Assembly (NCBI GenBank): GCA_040755455.1
Contig: JBFMAY010000013.1
Coordinates: forward strand, 1 to 39,493
Length of the DNA: 39,493 nt
From: Thermodesulfobacteriota bacterium
GTDB lineage: Bacteria > Desulfobacterota > Desulfobulbia > Desulfobulbales > SURF-16
Direction of reading: 5' to 3'
A program made the translations under genes and the position numbers. Position 1 is the first letter of the stretch. Each line of letters starts with the position of its first letter. Below are positions 17,762 to 27,859 of this stretch, in pieces. The notes beneath the pieces were generated by a model that worked only from the letters and a program-made list of their open reading frames with translations, had not been told where the DNA came from and ran no database searches.

Positions 17762-17843
17762 TTTCGGATTGCGGATTGCGGATTGGAGAATACGGGATGC
17801 CCGCACTGAAAAATCCGCTATCCGCATTCCGCAATCCCAAATT
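17761..17843. repeat. Inverted heptamer tandem repeat (ATTGCGG)n ... (AATCCGC)n
   Basis: ATTTCGG ATTGCGG ATTGCGG ATTGG / AATCCGC TATCCGC ATTCCGC AATCCCA AAT, between trpG and trpD. Confidence 0.85.
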
Positions 17844-17867
17844 GAGAAAGTTGCGAGGAGATAACCT

Positions 17868-18908
17868 ATGATCAAGGAAGCCATTGGTAAGGTTGTGGCA
17901 GGGGCCGATCTTTCCGAACAGGAGATGGTCGGGGTGATGAACGAAATCATGGGCGGCGAGGCCACCCAGGCTCAGATCGGCGCCTTTATCACCGCCTTGC
18001 GGATGAAAGGGGAAACCATTGATGAAATCGCCGGCGCCGCCAGGGTCATGCGGGACAAAGCCACCTCCGTGGACGCCGCGGATACGGACGAGATCCTGGT
18101 AGATATAGTGGGCACCGGCGGTGACGCCTCAGGCACCTTCAATGTCTCCACCACCTCGTCCTTTGTGGTGGCGGGAGCTGGCCTCAAACTGGCCAAGCAT
18201 GGCAACCGGTCCGTTTCCAGCCATTGCGGCAGCGCCGATGTGCTTGAGGCCCTGGGCGTGGATCTGAGCCTGAGCGCGGAAAGGATCGGCCAGTGCATCC
18301 GCACGGTGGGCATCGGTTTCATGTTTGCCCCCATGCTGCATGGGGCCATGCGTTATGCCATCGGGCCGCGGCGGGAGATCGGCATAAGAACCGTGTTCAA
18401 TGTGCTCGGCCCGCTTACCAATCCGGCCAATGCCAATGTCTATGTGCTGGGTGTCTATACTTCTGATTTGGTAGAAAAGATTGCCCATGTCATGAGCAGG
18501 TTTTCCGTAAAGCGCGCACTGGTCGTCTGCGGTGCGGGCAATATCGACGAAATCACCATAACCGGCACTACCCAGGTGGCTGACCTGCATGACGGCAAGG
18601 TGACCTGCTACACCATCGCTCCCGAGGATGTGGGGCTGGCCCGGGCAACCCTGGCGGATATCAAGGGCGGTGAGACGGCTGAGATCTCGGCGGGACAGCT
18701 GCGCGCGGTTCTGCGCGGCGAGGCCGGTCCCTGTCTTGACATGGTGCTGATGAACAGCGGCGCGGCGCTGATGGCGGCAGGACTTGCCCCTGATCTGCCC
18801 GGCGGTGTCGCCCTGGCCAGGAAGACCATTGCCTCGGGCGCGGCCATGGCCAAGCTTGAGGCCCTGGTGCAGTTCTGCCGGCAAGCGGGGGGAAAAGGTG
18901 ATTCTTGA
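17868..18908 (+). CDS. trpD: Anthranilate phosphoribosyltransferase
   Basis: GTGGD, FNVST, KHGNRSVSS, GSADVLEALG, FNVLGPLTNP. Confidence 0.97.
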   Translation: MIKEAIGKVVAGADLSEQEMVGVMNEIMGGEATQAQIGAFITALRMKGETIDEIAGAARVMRDKATSVDAADTDEILVDIVGTGGDASGTFNVSTTSSFVVAGAGLKLAKHGNRSVSSHCGSADVLEALGVDLSLSAERIGQCIRTVGIGFMFAPMLHGAMRYAIGPRREIGIRTVFNVLGPLTNPANANVYVLGVYTSDLVEKIAHVMSRFSVKRALVVCGAGNIDEITITGTTQVADLHDGKVTCYTIAPEDVGLARATLADIKGGETAEISAGQLRAVLRGEAGPCLDMVLMNSGAALMAAGLAPDLPGGVALARKTIASGAAMAKLEALVQFCRQAGGKGDS

Positions 18909-19662
18909 TACCATTGTTGCCCGCAAACGTCAGGAGGTCAAAGAGCTGCTGGCCAGGGGTATCGGCGAGCCGCAGCAGGAAGTTGCCCCACCCCGTGGAT
19001 TTCAGCGGGCACTGACCGCTTTTGCCGGTATGGCGCTGATCGCCGAGGCGAAAAAGGCATCGCCTTCCAAAGGGGTTATCTGCGCGGATTTTGATCCGGT
19101 GAGCATTGCCCGGCAATACCAGGCGGGCGGCGCTCAGGCCATGTCGGTGCTGACCGATGAAAAATTCTTCCAGGGCAGCCTGGCCTTTATTCCCCTGGTG
19201 CGGGCCGCGGTTGGCCTGCCGGTGCTGCGCAAGGATTTCATTATCCATGAGGTGCAGATTGCCGAGGCCGCGAAATTCGGGGCTGATGCGGTGCTGCTCA
19301 TCGCGGCCATCCTGGAAACAGAGCAGATCAGGGACTTCCTGGCCCGGAGCCGGGAGCTGGGCCTGGACGCCCTGGTGGAGGTGCATGACGAGGCGGAGTT
19401 GGAAAAGGCCCTGGCGGCCGGCAGCCCGCTGATCGGCATCAACAACCGCAACCTGCAGGACTTCTCCGTGGATCTGGAGACAACCTTCCGGCTGCAGCGG
19501 CAGATTCCCGGGGAGATTCCGGTGGTCAGTGAATCCGGCATCCGCACGGTGGAGGATATCCGGCGCCTGGCCGAGGCCGGCATTGCCGCCGTGCTGGTCG
19601 GCGAAACCCTCATGCGGGCGGGGGGCAGGGAACTAGCGGTGCATGAGTTGATGGGCCGGTGA
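18898..19662 (+). CDS. trpC: Indole-3-glycerol-phosphate synthase
   Basis: GTG start (ILDTIV), IAEAKKASPSKG, SVLTD, LRKDF, GINNRNL, SESGI. Confidence 0.96.
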   Translation: MILDTIVARKRQEVKELLARGIGEPQQEVAPPRGFQRALTAFAGMALIAEAKKASPSKGVICADFDPVSIARQYQAGGAQAMSVLTDEKFFQGSLAFIPLVRAAVGLPVLRKDFIIHEVQIAEAAKFGADAVLLIAAILETEQIRDFLARSRELGLDALVEVHDEAELEKALAAGSPLIGINNRNLQDFSVDLETTFRLQRQIPGEIPVVSESGIRTVEDIRRLAEAGIAAVLVGETLMRAGGRELAVHELMGR

Positions 19663-19723
19663 GAACTGCCCGCCATGTCGCTGCAAGGGTGACCGTTTTA
19701 CGTTAAGCGCAAAGGAGCTGCCA

Positions 19724-20353
19724 ATGAGATCCAGAACCCGGATCAAGATCTGCGGAATGACGGATAGGGAGGAGGTGCGGCATGCGGTGGCCGCGGGTGT
19801 TGATGCCCTTGGGTTCATTTTTGCCAAGGCCAGCCCCAGATATATCGAGCCGGAGCGGGCCAGGGTCATTATCAGCAGCCTGCCTCCCTTTGTCGATGCT
19901 GTGGGAGTATTCCTGAACGATGATCCGGAACGAGTCGCGGAAATCGTCCAATATTGCCATCTTACCGTCATTCAGCTGCACGGGGCCGAATCGCCCGACT
20001 ACTGCCGGAGGTTTCACACCAGGGTGGTGAAGGCCTTCCAGGTGCATGACAGGCTCACGGCCAGTGATCTTCATCCCTATGAGGAGGTGGTGTCCGGCTT
20101 TCTGCTGGATACCTATGATAAAAAGCAGGCAGGGGGAACAGGCAAGACCTTTGACTGGTCCCTTATTCATAAACTGCAGCCGGGCAAACCGGTGATTCTG
20201 GCCGGCGGCCTGGGACCGGCTAATGTGGCCCAGGCCATAACCGCAGTAAGACCTTTTGCGGTGGACGTCAACTCCGCCATTGAAAGAGAACCGGGCCGCA
20301 AGGACCCGGAACTCATCAGCAGGCTAGTCGAAGCGGTTGCCGCCGCTTCATGA
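19724..20353 (+). CDS. trpF: Phosphoribosylanthranilate isomerase
   Basis: IKICG, QLHG, GGTGKTFDW, LAGGL, VDVNS. Confidence 0.96.
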   Translation: MRSRTRIKICGMTDREEVRHAVAAGVDALGFIFAKASPRYIEPERARVIISSLPPFVDAVGVFLNDDPERVAEIVQYCHLTVIQLHGAESPDYCRRFHTRVVKAFQVHDRLTASDLHPYEEVVSGFLLDTYDKKQAGGTGKTFDWSLIHKLQPGKPVILAGGLGPANVAQAITAVRPFAVDVNSAIEREPGRKDPELISRLVEAVAAAS

Positions 20354-20475
20354 AAAATTACCCTCTGGCCCGATTACTGCGTCGCGGCGAAAAGAAAAAT
20401 GATCACATATGCAAAATATGCTGCGCTTTGTATTTTCACCCCTCCTTGTCCTCGAACCAGATGCCTAATTTTTCA
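20351..20475. repeat. ~125-bp palindromic MITE/REP-like element between convergent trpF and htrA
   Basis: Perfect 10-bp terminal IR TGAAAAATTA/TAATTTTTCA, inner TCTGG/CCAGA, central CATAT-GCAAA-ATATG hairpin. Confidence 0.55.
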
Positions 20476-20492
20476 ACGCACCCATAACTTAT

Positions 20493-21920
20493 CTATTGTT
20501 TTGCTTCAAGCACCACAAAGCGGGTGTGCTTGTCACGTTTGACGAGCAGAAGAATGCTCTCTTTTTTGTCGAGATTGGCTAGGGCGTTATTGTATTCTCC
20601 CAGATTCTTGATTTCCTGACGGTTGATCTCCAGAATAAGGTCGCCCGGCCGCAGTCCAGCCTCTGCCGCCGCGGAATTCGGCTCCACATTGGCAACAATA
20701 ACTCCTTCCTTATCCTTGATTTTCAACGACTGGGCAAGTTCAGGGGTCAACTGCTGGACGGTCAGGCCGAGAACGCTCTCCTGCCCCGTTTCGCCGGTCA
20801 TCCCCTCATCTTCTTCAAGCTTGGCCACGGTGACGGCGACGTTTTTCTTCTTGCCGTTTCTGATCAGCGTGACATTGGCTGTCTCGCCTACCGGGGTCTG
20901 GGCGACCAGGGCGGGCAGCATATTCATCTGGGCTATTTCCTTGCCTTCATACTCAACGATAATGTCGCCGGGCAGGATTCCCGCCTTCTCTGCCGGGCTG
21001 CCGGGGGAGACTTCGCCGACCAGCGCGCCAATGGGCTTCTCAAGACCGAATTGTCTGGCGAGATCCTGGCTGACGTTCTGGATCATCACGCCCAGCCAGC
21101 CGCGGGTTACTTTGCCGCTTGTTTTCAGCTGTTCAATGACACTTTTGGCCATATTGATCGGAATGGCGAAGCCGATGCCGATATTGCCGCCGCTGCGGCT
21201 GTAAATGGCGGTGTTGATGCCGACCATTTCCCCCTCAAGGTTGAAGAGAGGGCCGCCGGAGTTGCCGGGATTGATGGAGGCGTCCGTCTGGATGAAATTT
21301 TCATAGTTGCCGCTGCCAAGCGTTCTTCCCTTGCCGCTGACGATGCCTGCGGTGACCGTCTGCTCAAAGCCGAAGGGATTGCCGATGGCGATTACCCAGT
21401 CACCGACCCGCAGTTTTTCCGAGTCGCCGAAGGTGACATAGGGCAGGGGTTCCTTGGATTCAATCTTGATCAGGGCCACGTCGGTTTTGGCGTCGCGGCC
21501 GATGATTTTCGCCTCGTACTCTTCATGATTGGCAAAGCGTACATTGATTTCATCCGCCTCATCAATGACATGATTGTTGGTGATGATGTAGCCGTCGGCC
21601 GAGGTGATGACCCCTGATCCCAGGCTGGTCCGTTTCTGCGGGATCACCTGGCCGTGGTAGCCCTGCCCCCCCTGCCCCTGCTGTTCAAAGAACTTTTTGA
21701 AGAATTCCGGCACCCCCTGATGCTCCTGGAAAGGGAAATTGGAGATGGGCGGTTCTTTGACGGTCTGGGTGGTGTAGATGTTGACGACAGTGGCCCCGTA
21801 TTTCTCGACTAAGGGGGCAAAGGTGTCAGGCCGCTCCGCAAAGGCGGGAAGGGTCAGAATGAAAAATGCCGCACTCGCGAGCAGGGCGATAAGTGATGTT
21901 TTTTTGTGATGTATCTGCAT
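20493..21920 (-). CDS. HtrA/DegP-DegQ (Do) serine protease with two PDZ domains
   Basis: Signal peptide, TNNHV, TDVAL, NPGNSGG and two PDZ domains. Start is 21920 or 21971. Confidence 0.95.
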   Translation of the reverse strand: MQIHHKKTSLIALLASAAFFILTLPAFAERPDTFAPLVEKYGATVVNIYTTQTVKEPPISNFPFQEHQGVPEFFKKFFEQQGQGGQGYHGQVIPQKRTSLGSGVITSADGYIITNNHVIDEADEINVRFANHEEYEAKIIGRDAKTDVALIKIESKEPLPYVTFGDSEKLRVGDWVIAIGNPFGFEQTVTAGIVSGKGRTLGSGNYENFIQTDASINPGNSGGPLFNLEGEMVGINTAIYSRSGGNIGIGFAIPINMAKSVIEQLKTSGKVTRGWLGVMIQNVSQDLARQFGLEKPIGALVGEVSPGSPAEKAGILPGDIIVEYEGKEIAQMNMLPALVAQTPVGETANVTLIRNGKKKNVAVTVAKLEEDEGMTGETGQESVLGLTVQQLTPELAQSLKIKDKEGVIVANVEPNSAAAEAGLRPGDLILEINRQEIKNLGEYNNALANLDKKESILLLVKRDKHTRFVVLEAKQ

Positions 21921-22035
21921 TGCTGTAATCCCTGGTGTCTGGTTATCCGATTTGTCCCCATATCGTTTCATGATAGAGAGGACATGTCTGGCAGTAAAGA
22001 ATATTTTTTGCTTCCTGGCTTGATTTTATAGAAAT

Positions 22036-22980
22036 TCAGTCGAGTTTGACGGCCACCGTTAAAGATCGTTTCAAAGAAACGTAGCGGCTGTTGCGGGCAT
22101 ATTCCGGTGAAAAAGATGTTTTTTCGCTGCAGCAGATCTGCAGCAGCCGGTCAAAACTGCTGGCCGGGACCGAAAGCAACAGCGTGTTATGGTTGTACAG
22201 TTCGGCCCGCCAGAGCGGCGATTGGACAAGCTGCTGGACAATGGCCATCTGGTCAGCCCTGGGGGCTGCGTGGATGGTGATCTGCAGGTCAGGCTTGATG
22301 GCCGGGGGCTGCTGCCGGGTGGAAAACGAGGAAAGCGGGGCGTCCAGATAGGGTGAAGAGGTTTGCCCTGCGCCGGTGGAAACAAAATCAACCACCGGAA
22401 TATGCTGCTCGGTCTTATTGCGGGGAATCATGGCGAATTGCTGCATGGCCGGAGAGTCTTGCCCCTCGTATTCGGAAAGAAGGGGAACCCCTGGATAAAA
22501 GTCCTGCTGGCCGCCCTCGTTTTCTGCCAGCAGAAGAGAGGACTGCTCCGGCTTGGGGCTGTTTTCGGCCAGCTGGCCTGATTGGATCGTGGACGGGATC
22601 ATGGTGTCCCGGCTGGTCCGGGAAACGGGGAGCAGCTGGATGAGCGAGGCAGTGGCAAAGCCGATGACCAGCATGGCGAATGCGGTTGACCATGCCCATT
22701 TTCTTTCACCTTTTCCTGCGAGAAATTCTTTAGCCTTCTGCCAGGGGGACCGGGGCGCAAGTTTCTGGTGGATGCCTGTCAGAAAGCCCGGCGGAACGCT
22801 GGCCATGGGCATGTCGCGCAGGAAGTCAATACTGTTTTTGAAGGCCTTCCATTCCATTTTGCACTGCGGACAGATGGTGAAATGAGAATCCACTTTGGAC
22901 CTGCTGATCTGGTCAATTTCCCCATCAAGATAGAGAGAGAATAATTCTTGACAATCCTGGCATCGCATAAGGTGGCTCAT
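22036..22980 (-). CDS. Membrane-anchored zinc-binding (zf-HC2) anti-sigma factor
   Basis: C..C...SLYLDGE...HFTICPQC (HxxxCxxC), one TM helix; overlaps the sigma gene stop. Confidence 0.88.
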   Translation of the reverse strand: MSHLMRCQDCQELFSLYLDGEIDQISRSKVDSHFTICPQCKMEWKAFKNSIDFLRDMPMASVPPGFLTGIHQKLAPRSPWQKAKEFLAGKGERKWAWSTAFAMLVIGFATASLIQLLPVSRTSRDTMIPSTIQSGQLAENSPKPEQSSLLLAENEGGQQDFYPGVPLLSEYEGQDSPAMQQFAMIPRNKTEQHIPVVDFVSTGAGQTSSPYLDAPLSSFSTRQQPPAIKPDLQITIHAAPRADQMAIVQQLVQSPLWRAELYNHNTLLLSVPASSFDRLLQICCSEKTSFSPEYARNSRYVSLKRSLTVAVKLD

Positions 22981-23558
22981 AAATCCTGGTAGAATTTTTT
23001 TAATCGGTCCTTCAAAGAGGTCCGCGCCCGGTTCAGCTTTGATTTGACCGTGCCCAAGGGGATATCAAGAATGGCGCTAATTTCTTCGTAGGCAAGCTCC
23101 TGGATATCCCGTAAAAGAATGATCTCCTTTTCCGCCTCTGGCAGTGAATCAATGGTTGAACGGACAAGATTTATCGTATTTTTCCGCTGCAGTGATTTTT
23201 CCGGACCCTCATCCCCCGGAATCTGCAGAAAGGATTCTTCATCATCAAGGGAGATATTGTTGAAATAACCACGCCTGCTCAGTTTCTTGTAGCGGTTGCG
23301 GCAATGATTGATGGCAATCTGGTACAGCCAGGACGTAAATTTTTCTTTTTCCCGCAGTTTCGGCAGGGAACGATAGACCGTGACGAATATGTCCTGGGCC
23401 AGGTCCTTTGCCTCTTCCTGGCTTTTGACATAATTGAGTGCCAGGTTGTAAATTTTGGTTTGATAAAGCAGTACCAGACGGTTAAAGCCCTGGACATCGC
23501 CGTCAAGAAAATCCTGAACAAGCTGCTCAACATCCGTCTTTAATTCTTCGTTATTCAT
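22977..23558 (-). CDS. ECF RNA polymerase sigma factor (RpoE/SigW-like)
   Basis: DLAQDIF, FTSWLYQIAINHCRN, YEEIS..LDIPLGTVKSKLNRAR. Start placed at ATG 23558. Confidence 0.93.
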   Translation of the reverse strand: MNNEELKTDVEQLVQDFLDGDVQGFNRLVLLYQTKIYNLALNYVKSQEEAKDLAQDIFVTVYRSLPKLREKEKFTSWLYQIAINHCRNRYKKLSRRGYFNNISLDDEESFLQIPGDEGPEKSLQRKNTINLVRSTIDSLPEAEKEIILLRDIQELAYEEISAILDIPLGTVKSKLNRARTSLKDRLKKFYQDL

Positions 23559-23677
23559 GAAACACCCGGGTTGGACACTTTTGCAACCGGGTATTTCCTG
23601 TCCGGCAAGGCGAGATTTTTTTGTAAAAGCCCTGCTCGCAAGAGTTACGAGCAAAAAAAATCCGTTCTATGCAGGCA

Positions 23678-23704
23678 AGACAAAGCCTTAAGTGAAAAGG
23701 TTCC
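23678..23704 (-). promoter_or_regulatory. ECF-type promoter, probably autoregulatory
   Basis: GGAACC-17 nt-GTCT, about 120 bp upstream of the sigma gene. Confidence 0.6.
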
Positions 23705-24242
23705 ATACATTTGTGGAGTCGATGACGTTTTCTTTTTCCTCGGCCAAGAGGGCTACTGTAACTAAATATGGGCCAGGCCAGAATGCCCTTCGGAGGGAAA
23801 GCGCGTTCCCGCCAATCTGCTGTAAGACAACTTATATTACGCATCATTGCGCAGGCTGGCAAGATGATATGTTGATAGGGAATTTATCATGTTTTACGCA
23901 CTAACACATACCATTTTCCTGTAAAATATCAATGTGGGAAATGAAGGCGGCTTAATGTTGTCTTTTTGTCTCAGCCATTGTAAGAGATGGTATGGCCCGC
24001 TCCTACGGCAAAAAAAGTTCAGCTACGGCCTGTCCCTCTTGCGGAATGGAAGTTCTTGCTTTAACTTAGGGGGCCATTACGAAATAACCAGTACATTTCC
24101 AGCCATTTCGTTACGGCCCTTGTGCAGCTCTCCTTATTGGGGTGTTACAGTTATTTTTTGACAACGGCTTAATGATCCGGCTTGATTCGGGACTCTTTAC
24201 GGTTTCATTTACTCTATAAAATCATCTCACCCAGCATGAAAA

Positions 24243-24611
24243 ATGGATAAAATCGTCGAAGAACTCCATAGGATCTTTCGCCTGAAGGATTCAACCGACA
24301 TCGGAGATATCGTCATCATTGTCACGGAAAAACCCCAGACCCTCAGCTATGCACTGATCACCGGTTTTGAGCGGGACTCCACCAGGCGTGATGAGTGGTG
24401 GCAGGTAGGCATGCAGCTTCTGACCGTACCCCCGCAGAAGGTGGTGTGGACCTTGCGGACAGAGCAGTTTACCGGCAAGGAAATTTTTACCATGGGCGGT
24501 GAAAAAAGATATATCAAGGCGGTGGATTTCTCCGGGCCGGAGGGCGGGCCGAAAAAAGAGAAGAAGCCGCTGGAAAAGGGGAAGCAGGCTGCCCTGCGGG
24601 TGGTGAAATAG
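24243..24611 (+). CDS. Hypothetical protein, first gene of the PTS operon
   Basis: 122-aa ORF with plausible composition, ending 2 nt before the HPr gene. Confidence 0.8.
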   Translation: MDKIVEELHRIFRLKDSTDIGDIVIIVTEKPQTLSYALITGFERDSTRRDEWWQVGMQLLTVPPQKVVWTLRTEQFTGKEIFTMGGEKRYIKAVDFSGPEGGPKKEKKPLEKGKQAALRVVK

Positions 24612-24613
24612 CG

Positions 24614-24886
24614 ATGCCCGAGTGCAGAAAGGAGCTGGTGATCGCCAATACCTTCGGCCTGCATGGACGCGCAGCCGCCATGCTGGTGGAGACGGCGAAA
24701 CGGTTCGATGCCGACATCCGGCTGATCCGGGATGAGGTGGAGGCGGACTGCAAGAGCATTCTCGATGTGATGTCCATGGCCTGCATCAAAGGGACCCCCA
24801 TCGCCATTAAGGCGGCGGGGGAGGATGCGGAGGCGGCCCTTGCCGCCCTTGCCTCGCTTATTGTTGATAAATTCGGTGAAGAATGA
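24614..24886 (+). CDS. ptsH: Phosphocarrier protein HPr
   Basis: GLHGRAA (His15) and DCKSILDVMSM (Ser46). Confidence 0.93.
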   Translation: MPECRKELVIANTFGLHGRAAAMLVETAKRFDADIRLIRDEVEADCKSILDVMSMACIKGTPIAIKAAGEDAEAALAALASLIVDKFGEE

Positions 24887-26703
24887 CCAATCATAAACCC
24901 GTTGTCACCGAGATCGCCATGCAGGGTATCGGGGTTTCTCCGGGGATCGTCATCGCCCGGGCCCTGCTTGTTGAAGCGGGCGGCGCGGTCAAAAAACGAA
25001 GGAGCAGCGGTGACGGTTCTATTGAACTGGAGCAGAGCCGGTTCCGTGGCGCCGTGGCCCGGACCGAGGAAAAACTCCGCCAGGTACGGGAACAGTTTGC
25101 CGCGGTCATGGCCCACTACGCCGCCATCATCGATACCCATATCCTCATGCTGCGGGACAGAATGATTTTTGACCGCACCCTGGAAATCATCGCCGCCGAA
25201 AAAATCAATGCCGAATGGGCCCTTGATAAGGCCCTCGCCCAGGTGGAGGCCGCCTTTGCCAAGGTGGATGACCCCTATATCCGTGACCGTTTTCTGGATG
25301 TCAGGCAGGTGGCGGACCGCATCTTCTGCGAGCTGTCCGGCGCGGATCTGCTGCCGGAAGAAATTGACGAAAAGGTGATTCTCGTCGCCCGGGATTTCTC
25401 GCCGGAGGATATCCTGCAGATGCCGGGCCGGGCCGGGTTTCTTGCCGAGATGGGCGGCGAAACATCCCATTCGGCCATTGTGGCCAAGACCCTGGGTATC
25501 CCGGCGGTGGTCGGCCTGAAGGATGTGAACGGCCGGATAAACACCAATGACCTGATCATTCTGGACGGCGCCACCGGCCGGGTTTTCGTCAACCCCCAGG
25601 AGGAACTCCTGGAGTACTATCAGGACAGGCAGCGGCAGTACCAGCAGCATCATCTCGAGGTGGCGCAGTATGCCCATCTGCGGGCCGAGACCGCCGATGG
25701 GCTGCAGGTCAGGGTGGAGGCCAATCTGGAAATGGCCGAGGAGGTCGGCCAGGCCTTCGACTATGGGGCAGGCGGCATCGGACTTTTCCGCAGCGAGTAT
25801 CTTTACCTGAGTTCCCTTGACAATCCCGATGAGGAACTGCTGTTTGCCACCTATAAAGATCTGCTGGCCGCGGCAGCCCCGTTTCCGGTGACTATCCGGA
25901 CCTTTGACATCGGCGGCGACAAGCTGTTCATTGATAAAACGGGCAGGTCATCCGGTTTCCGCAGGAAAATGGAAAAGCAGTGGTCCGCTGAGGCGAATCC
26001 CGCCCTGGGTCTGCGGGCCATCCGCTATTGTCTGCATGAGCCCGTCATGTTCGCCACCCAGCTGCGCGCCATGTTGCGGGCCAGCTGTTTCGGCTGTCTG
26101 CGTATCCTGTTTCCCATGATTTCATCCTACACTGAACTGCAGCAGGTCAAAGAGGTGGTTGCCGGGGTTCAGGACAAGCTCCGCGCCGACGGCGTTCCCT
26201 TTGCCGAAGGGGTGGAGTTTGGCGTGATGATCGAGGTGCCCAGCGCGGTTGCCCTGGCCGATACCCTGGCCGGGGAGGTGGATTTTTTCAGTATCGGCAC
26301 CAACGATCTGATCCAGTATTCCCTGGCCATCGACCGGGGCAACGAGCAGGTGGCGCACATGTATGATCCCCTGCATCCGGCGGTTTTAAAGATGATCAAG
26401 TATGTGGCGGATTCGGCGCACCGGGCGGGTATTGAGGTGGGGATATGCGGGGAAATGGCCGGGGAGGAGAAATATCTGCCGGTGCTGCTCGGCCTTGGAC
26501 TCGATTCCTTCAGCATGCGTCCTTCGGCCATTCCCTACATCAAAAGGATGATCCGGCAAAGCCGGGTCGCATCGGTGGAGAGGCTGGCCGGCCGGCTGCT
26601 GGACTGCTCTTCGGCAAAGGAGATCCGGGAAGCTCTGCAACACTACCTTTCCCGCCATTACCCTGATTCGTTGCCACATGACAGCCGTTTCCCACCTGAT
26701 TGA
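24883..26703 (+). CDS. ptsI: PEP-protein phosphotransferase (PTS enzyme I)
   Basis: GGETSHSAI, GIGLFRSE, EANPALGLRAIR, MIEVPSA, SIGTNDL, GICGE. No N-terminal GAF domain. Confidence 0.95.
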   Translation: MTNHKPVVTEIAMQGIGVSPGIVIARALLVEAGGAVKKRRSSGDGSIELEQSRFRGAVARTEEKLRQVREQFAAVMAHYAAIIDTHILMLRDRMIFDRTLEIIAAEKINAEWALDKALAQVEAAFAKVDDPYIRDRFLDVRQVADRIFCELSGADLLPEEIDEKVILVARDFSPEDILQMPGRAGFLAEMGGETSHSAIVAKTLGIPAVVGLKDVNGRINTNDLIILDGATGRVFVNPQEELLEYYQDRQRQYQQHHLEVAQYAHLRAETADGLQVRVEANLEMAEEVGQAFDYGAGGIGLFRSEYLYLSSLDNPDEELLFATYKDLLAAAAPFPVTIRTFDIGGDKLFIDKTGRSSGFRRKMEKQWSAEANPALGLRAIRYCLHEPVMFATQLRAMLRASCFGCLRILFPMISSYTELQQVKEVVAGVQDKLRADGVPFAEGVEFGVMIEVPSAVALADTLAGEVDFFSIGTNDLIQYSLAIDRGNEQVAHMYDPLHPAVLKMIKYVADSAHRAGIEVGICGEMAGEEKYLPVLLGLGLDSFSMRPSAIPYIKRMIRQSRVASVERLAGRLLDCSSAKEIREALQHYLSRHYPDSLPHDSRFPPD

Positions 26704-26742
26704 TGCCGCCGTTTTTTTTGTTTGCCGTTTGTTTACTTTTGC

Positions 26743-26816
26743 GGGAGTCAGGAGACAGCAATCAGAAGTCAGAATGGTTGCTTTTTATTATATGTTATTC
26801 TGCCTCCTGCCTCCTG
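26743..26816. repeat. Inverted heptamer repeat (AGRAGTC)n ... (CTCCTGC)n
   Basis: GGGAGTC AGGAGAC AGCAATC AGAAGTC AGAAT / ATTCTGC CTCCTGC CTCCTG, around an AT-rich loop. Confidence 0.7.
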
Positions 26817-26869
26817 AAGTCAGATTTCTTTGGTGGTCTGTTTATTGATCCGTGGTTGAGGTTATCAGG

Positions 26870-27859
26870 GTGAAGCAGTTTGCGGAAAGAGCTATCATAG
26901 CAGCCATCGCCCGGCAGCAGGCCGGCACGGCGGCCGATCTCGTGCGGGGTATTGGTGATGACTGCGCGGTGGTGCGCAAGGCCGGCGGCTTGGTTGACCT
27001 GTGGACCACCGATGCCCTGGTGGAGGGCGTGCATTTTGATCTGGCCTGGCATCCTCCCGGACTGCTGGGCAGAAAGGCGGCCAGTGTCAATATCAGCGAT
27101 ATCGGCGCCATGGGCGGCAGGCCGCGCTTTGCCCTGCTCGCCCTTGGGCTTTCCACCGTCTGTGGCAGGGAGTTTGTGGATGAAATGATGGCCGGTTTCC
27201 TCGATGTGCTGGCTGAGCATGACATGGTGCTGGTGGGTGGCGACACGGTTTATGCCGGCGAGCGCCTCATGCTGTCCATCACCGTTTGCGGGGAAATGGC
27301 GGAAGAGCAGGTCTGTTACCGCTCCGCCGCCCGGCCCGGGGATCTGGTCTGGGTGAGCGGCTGTCTCGGCAATGCGGCCTGCGGGCTGGAGCTGTGCCGC
27401 CGGGGGTTGCAGGGGCAGCAGGAGTATGCCCTGCTTTGCCGCGCTCATCTTGATCCGCAGCCCCAGGTCAGACTGGGCCGCAGGCTCGCCGAAAGCGGAC
27501 TCATTCACGCCATGATGGATATTTCCGATGGCCTGGCCACGGATCTGGCCCATATCTGTAAAGAGAGCGGGGTGGGGGCCGAGATCATGGCCGAGGAGGC
27601 GCCCCTGGCCATTGAGCTGCAAAAAGCCGCAGCCGCCCTCAAGCTGTCCCCCATGCAATTGGCGCTGCAGGGCGGGGAGGACTACCAGCTGGTCTTTACC
27701 GCTCCGGCGCAAAACAGTGATCCGCTGCGCAACCTCAGCCGGCAGGCGGGGGTGGACATCACCTGCGTGGGCCGGATCGTGGCAGGGCAGGGGGTCATGC
27801 TCAGGCAGGACGGGTCGTGGCTGGACATCACTTTTCAGGGTTATGAGCACAGATTTTAA
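26870..27859 (+). CDS. thiL: Thiamine-monophosphate kinase
   Basis: [44 protein letters not shown]. Start is GTG 26870 or 26852. Confidence 0.95.
   Translation: MKQFAERAIIAAIARQQAGTAADLVRGIGDDCAVVRKAGGLVDLWTTDALVEGVHFDLAWHPPGLLGRKAASVNISDIGAMGGRPRFALLALGLSTVCGREFVDEMMAGFLDVLAEHDMVLVGGDTVYAGERLMLSITVCGEMAEEQVCYRSAARPGDLVWVSGCLGNAACGLELCRRGLQGQQEYALLCRAHLDPQPQVRLGRRLAESGLIHAMMDISDGLATDLAHICKESGVGAEIMAEEAPLAIELQKAAAALKLSPMQLALQGGEDYQLVFTAPAQNSDPLRNLSRQAGVDITCVGRIVAGQGVMLRQDGSWLDITFQGYEHRF

Noticed and set aside
27528..27842. 105-aa N-terminal extension of UvrB in the ORF track
   Set aside because: It overlaps thiL in another frame; UvrB homology starts at ATG 27843.
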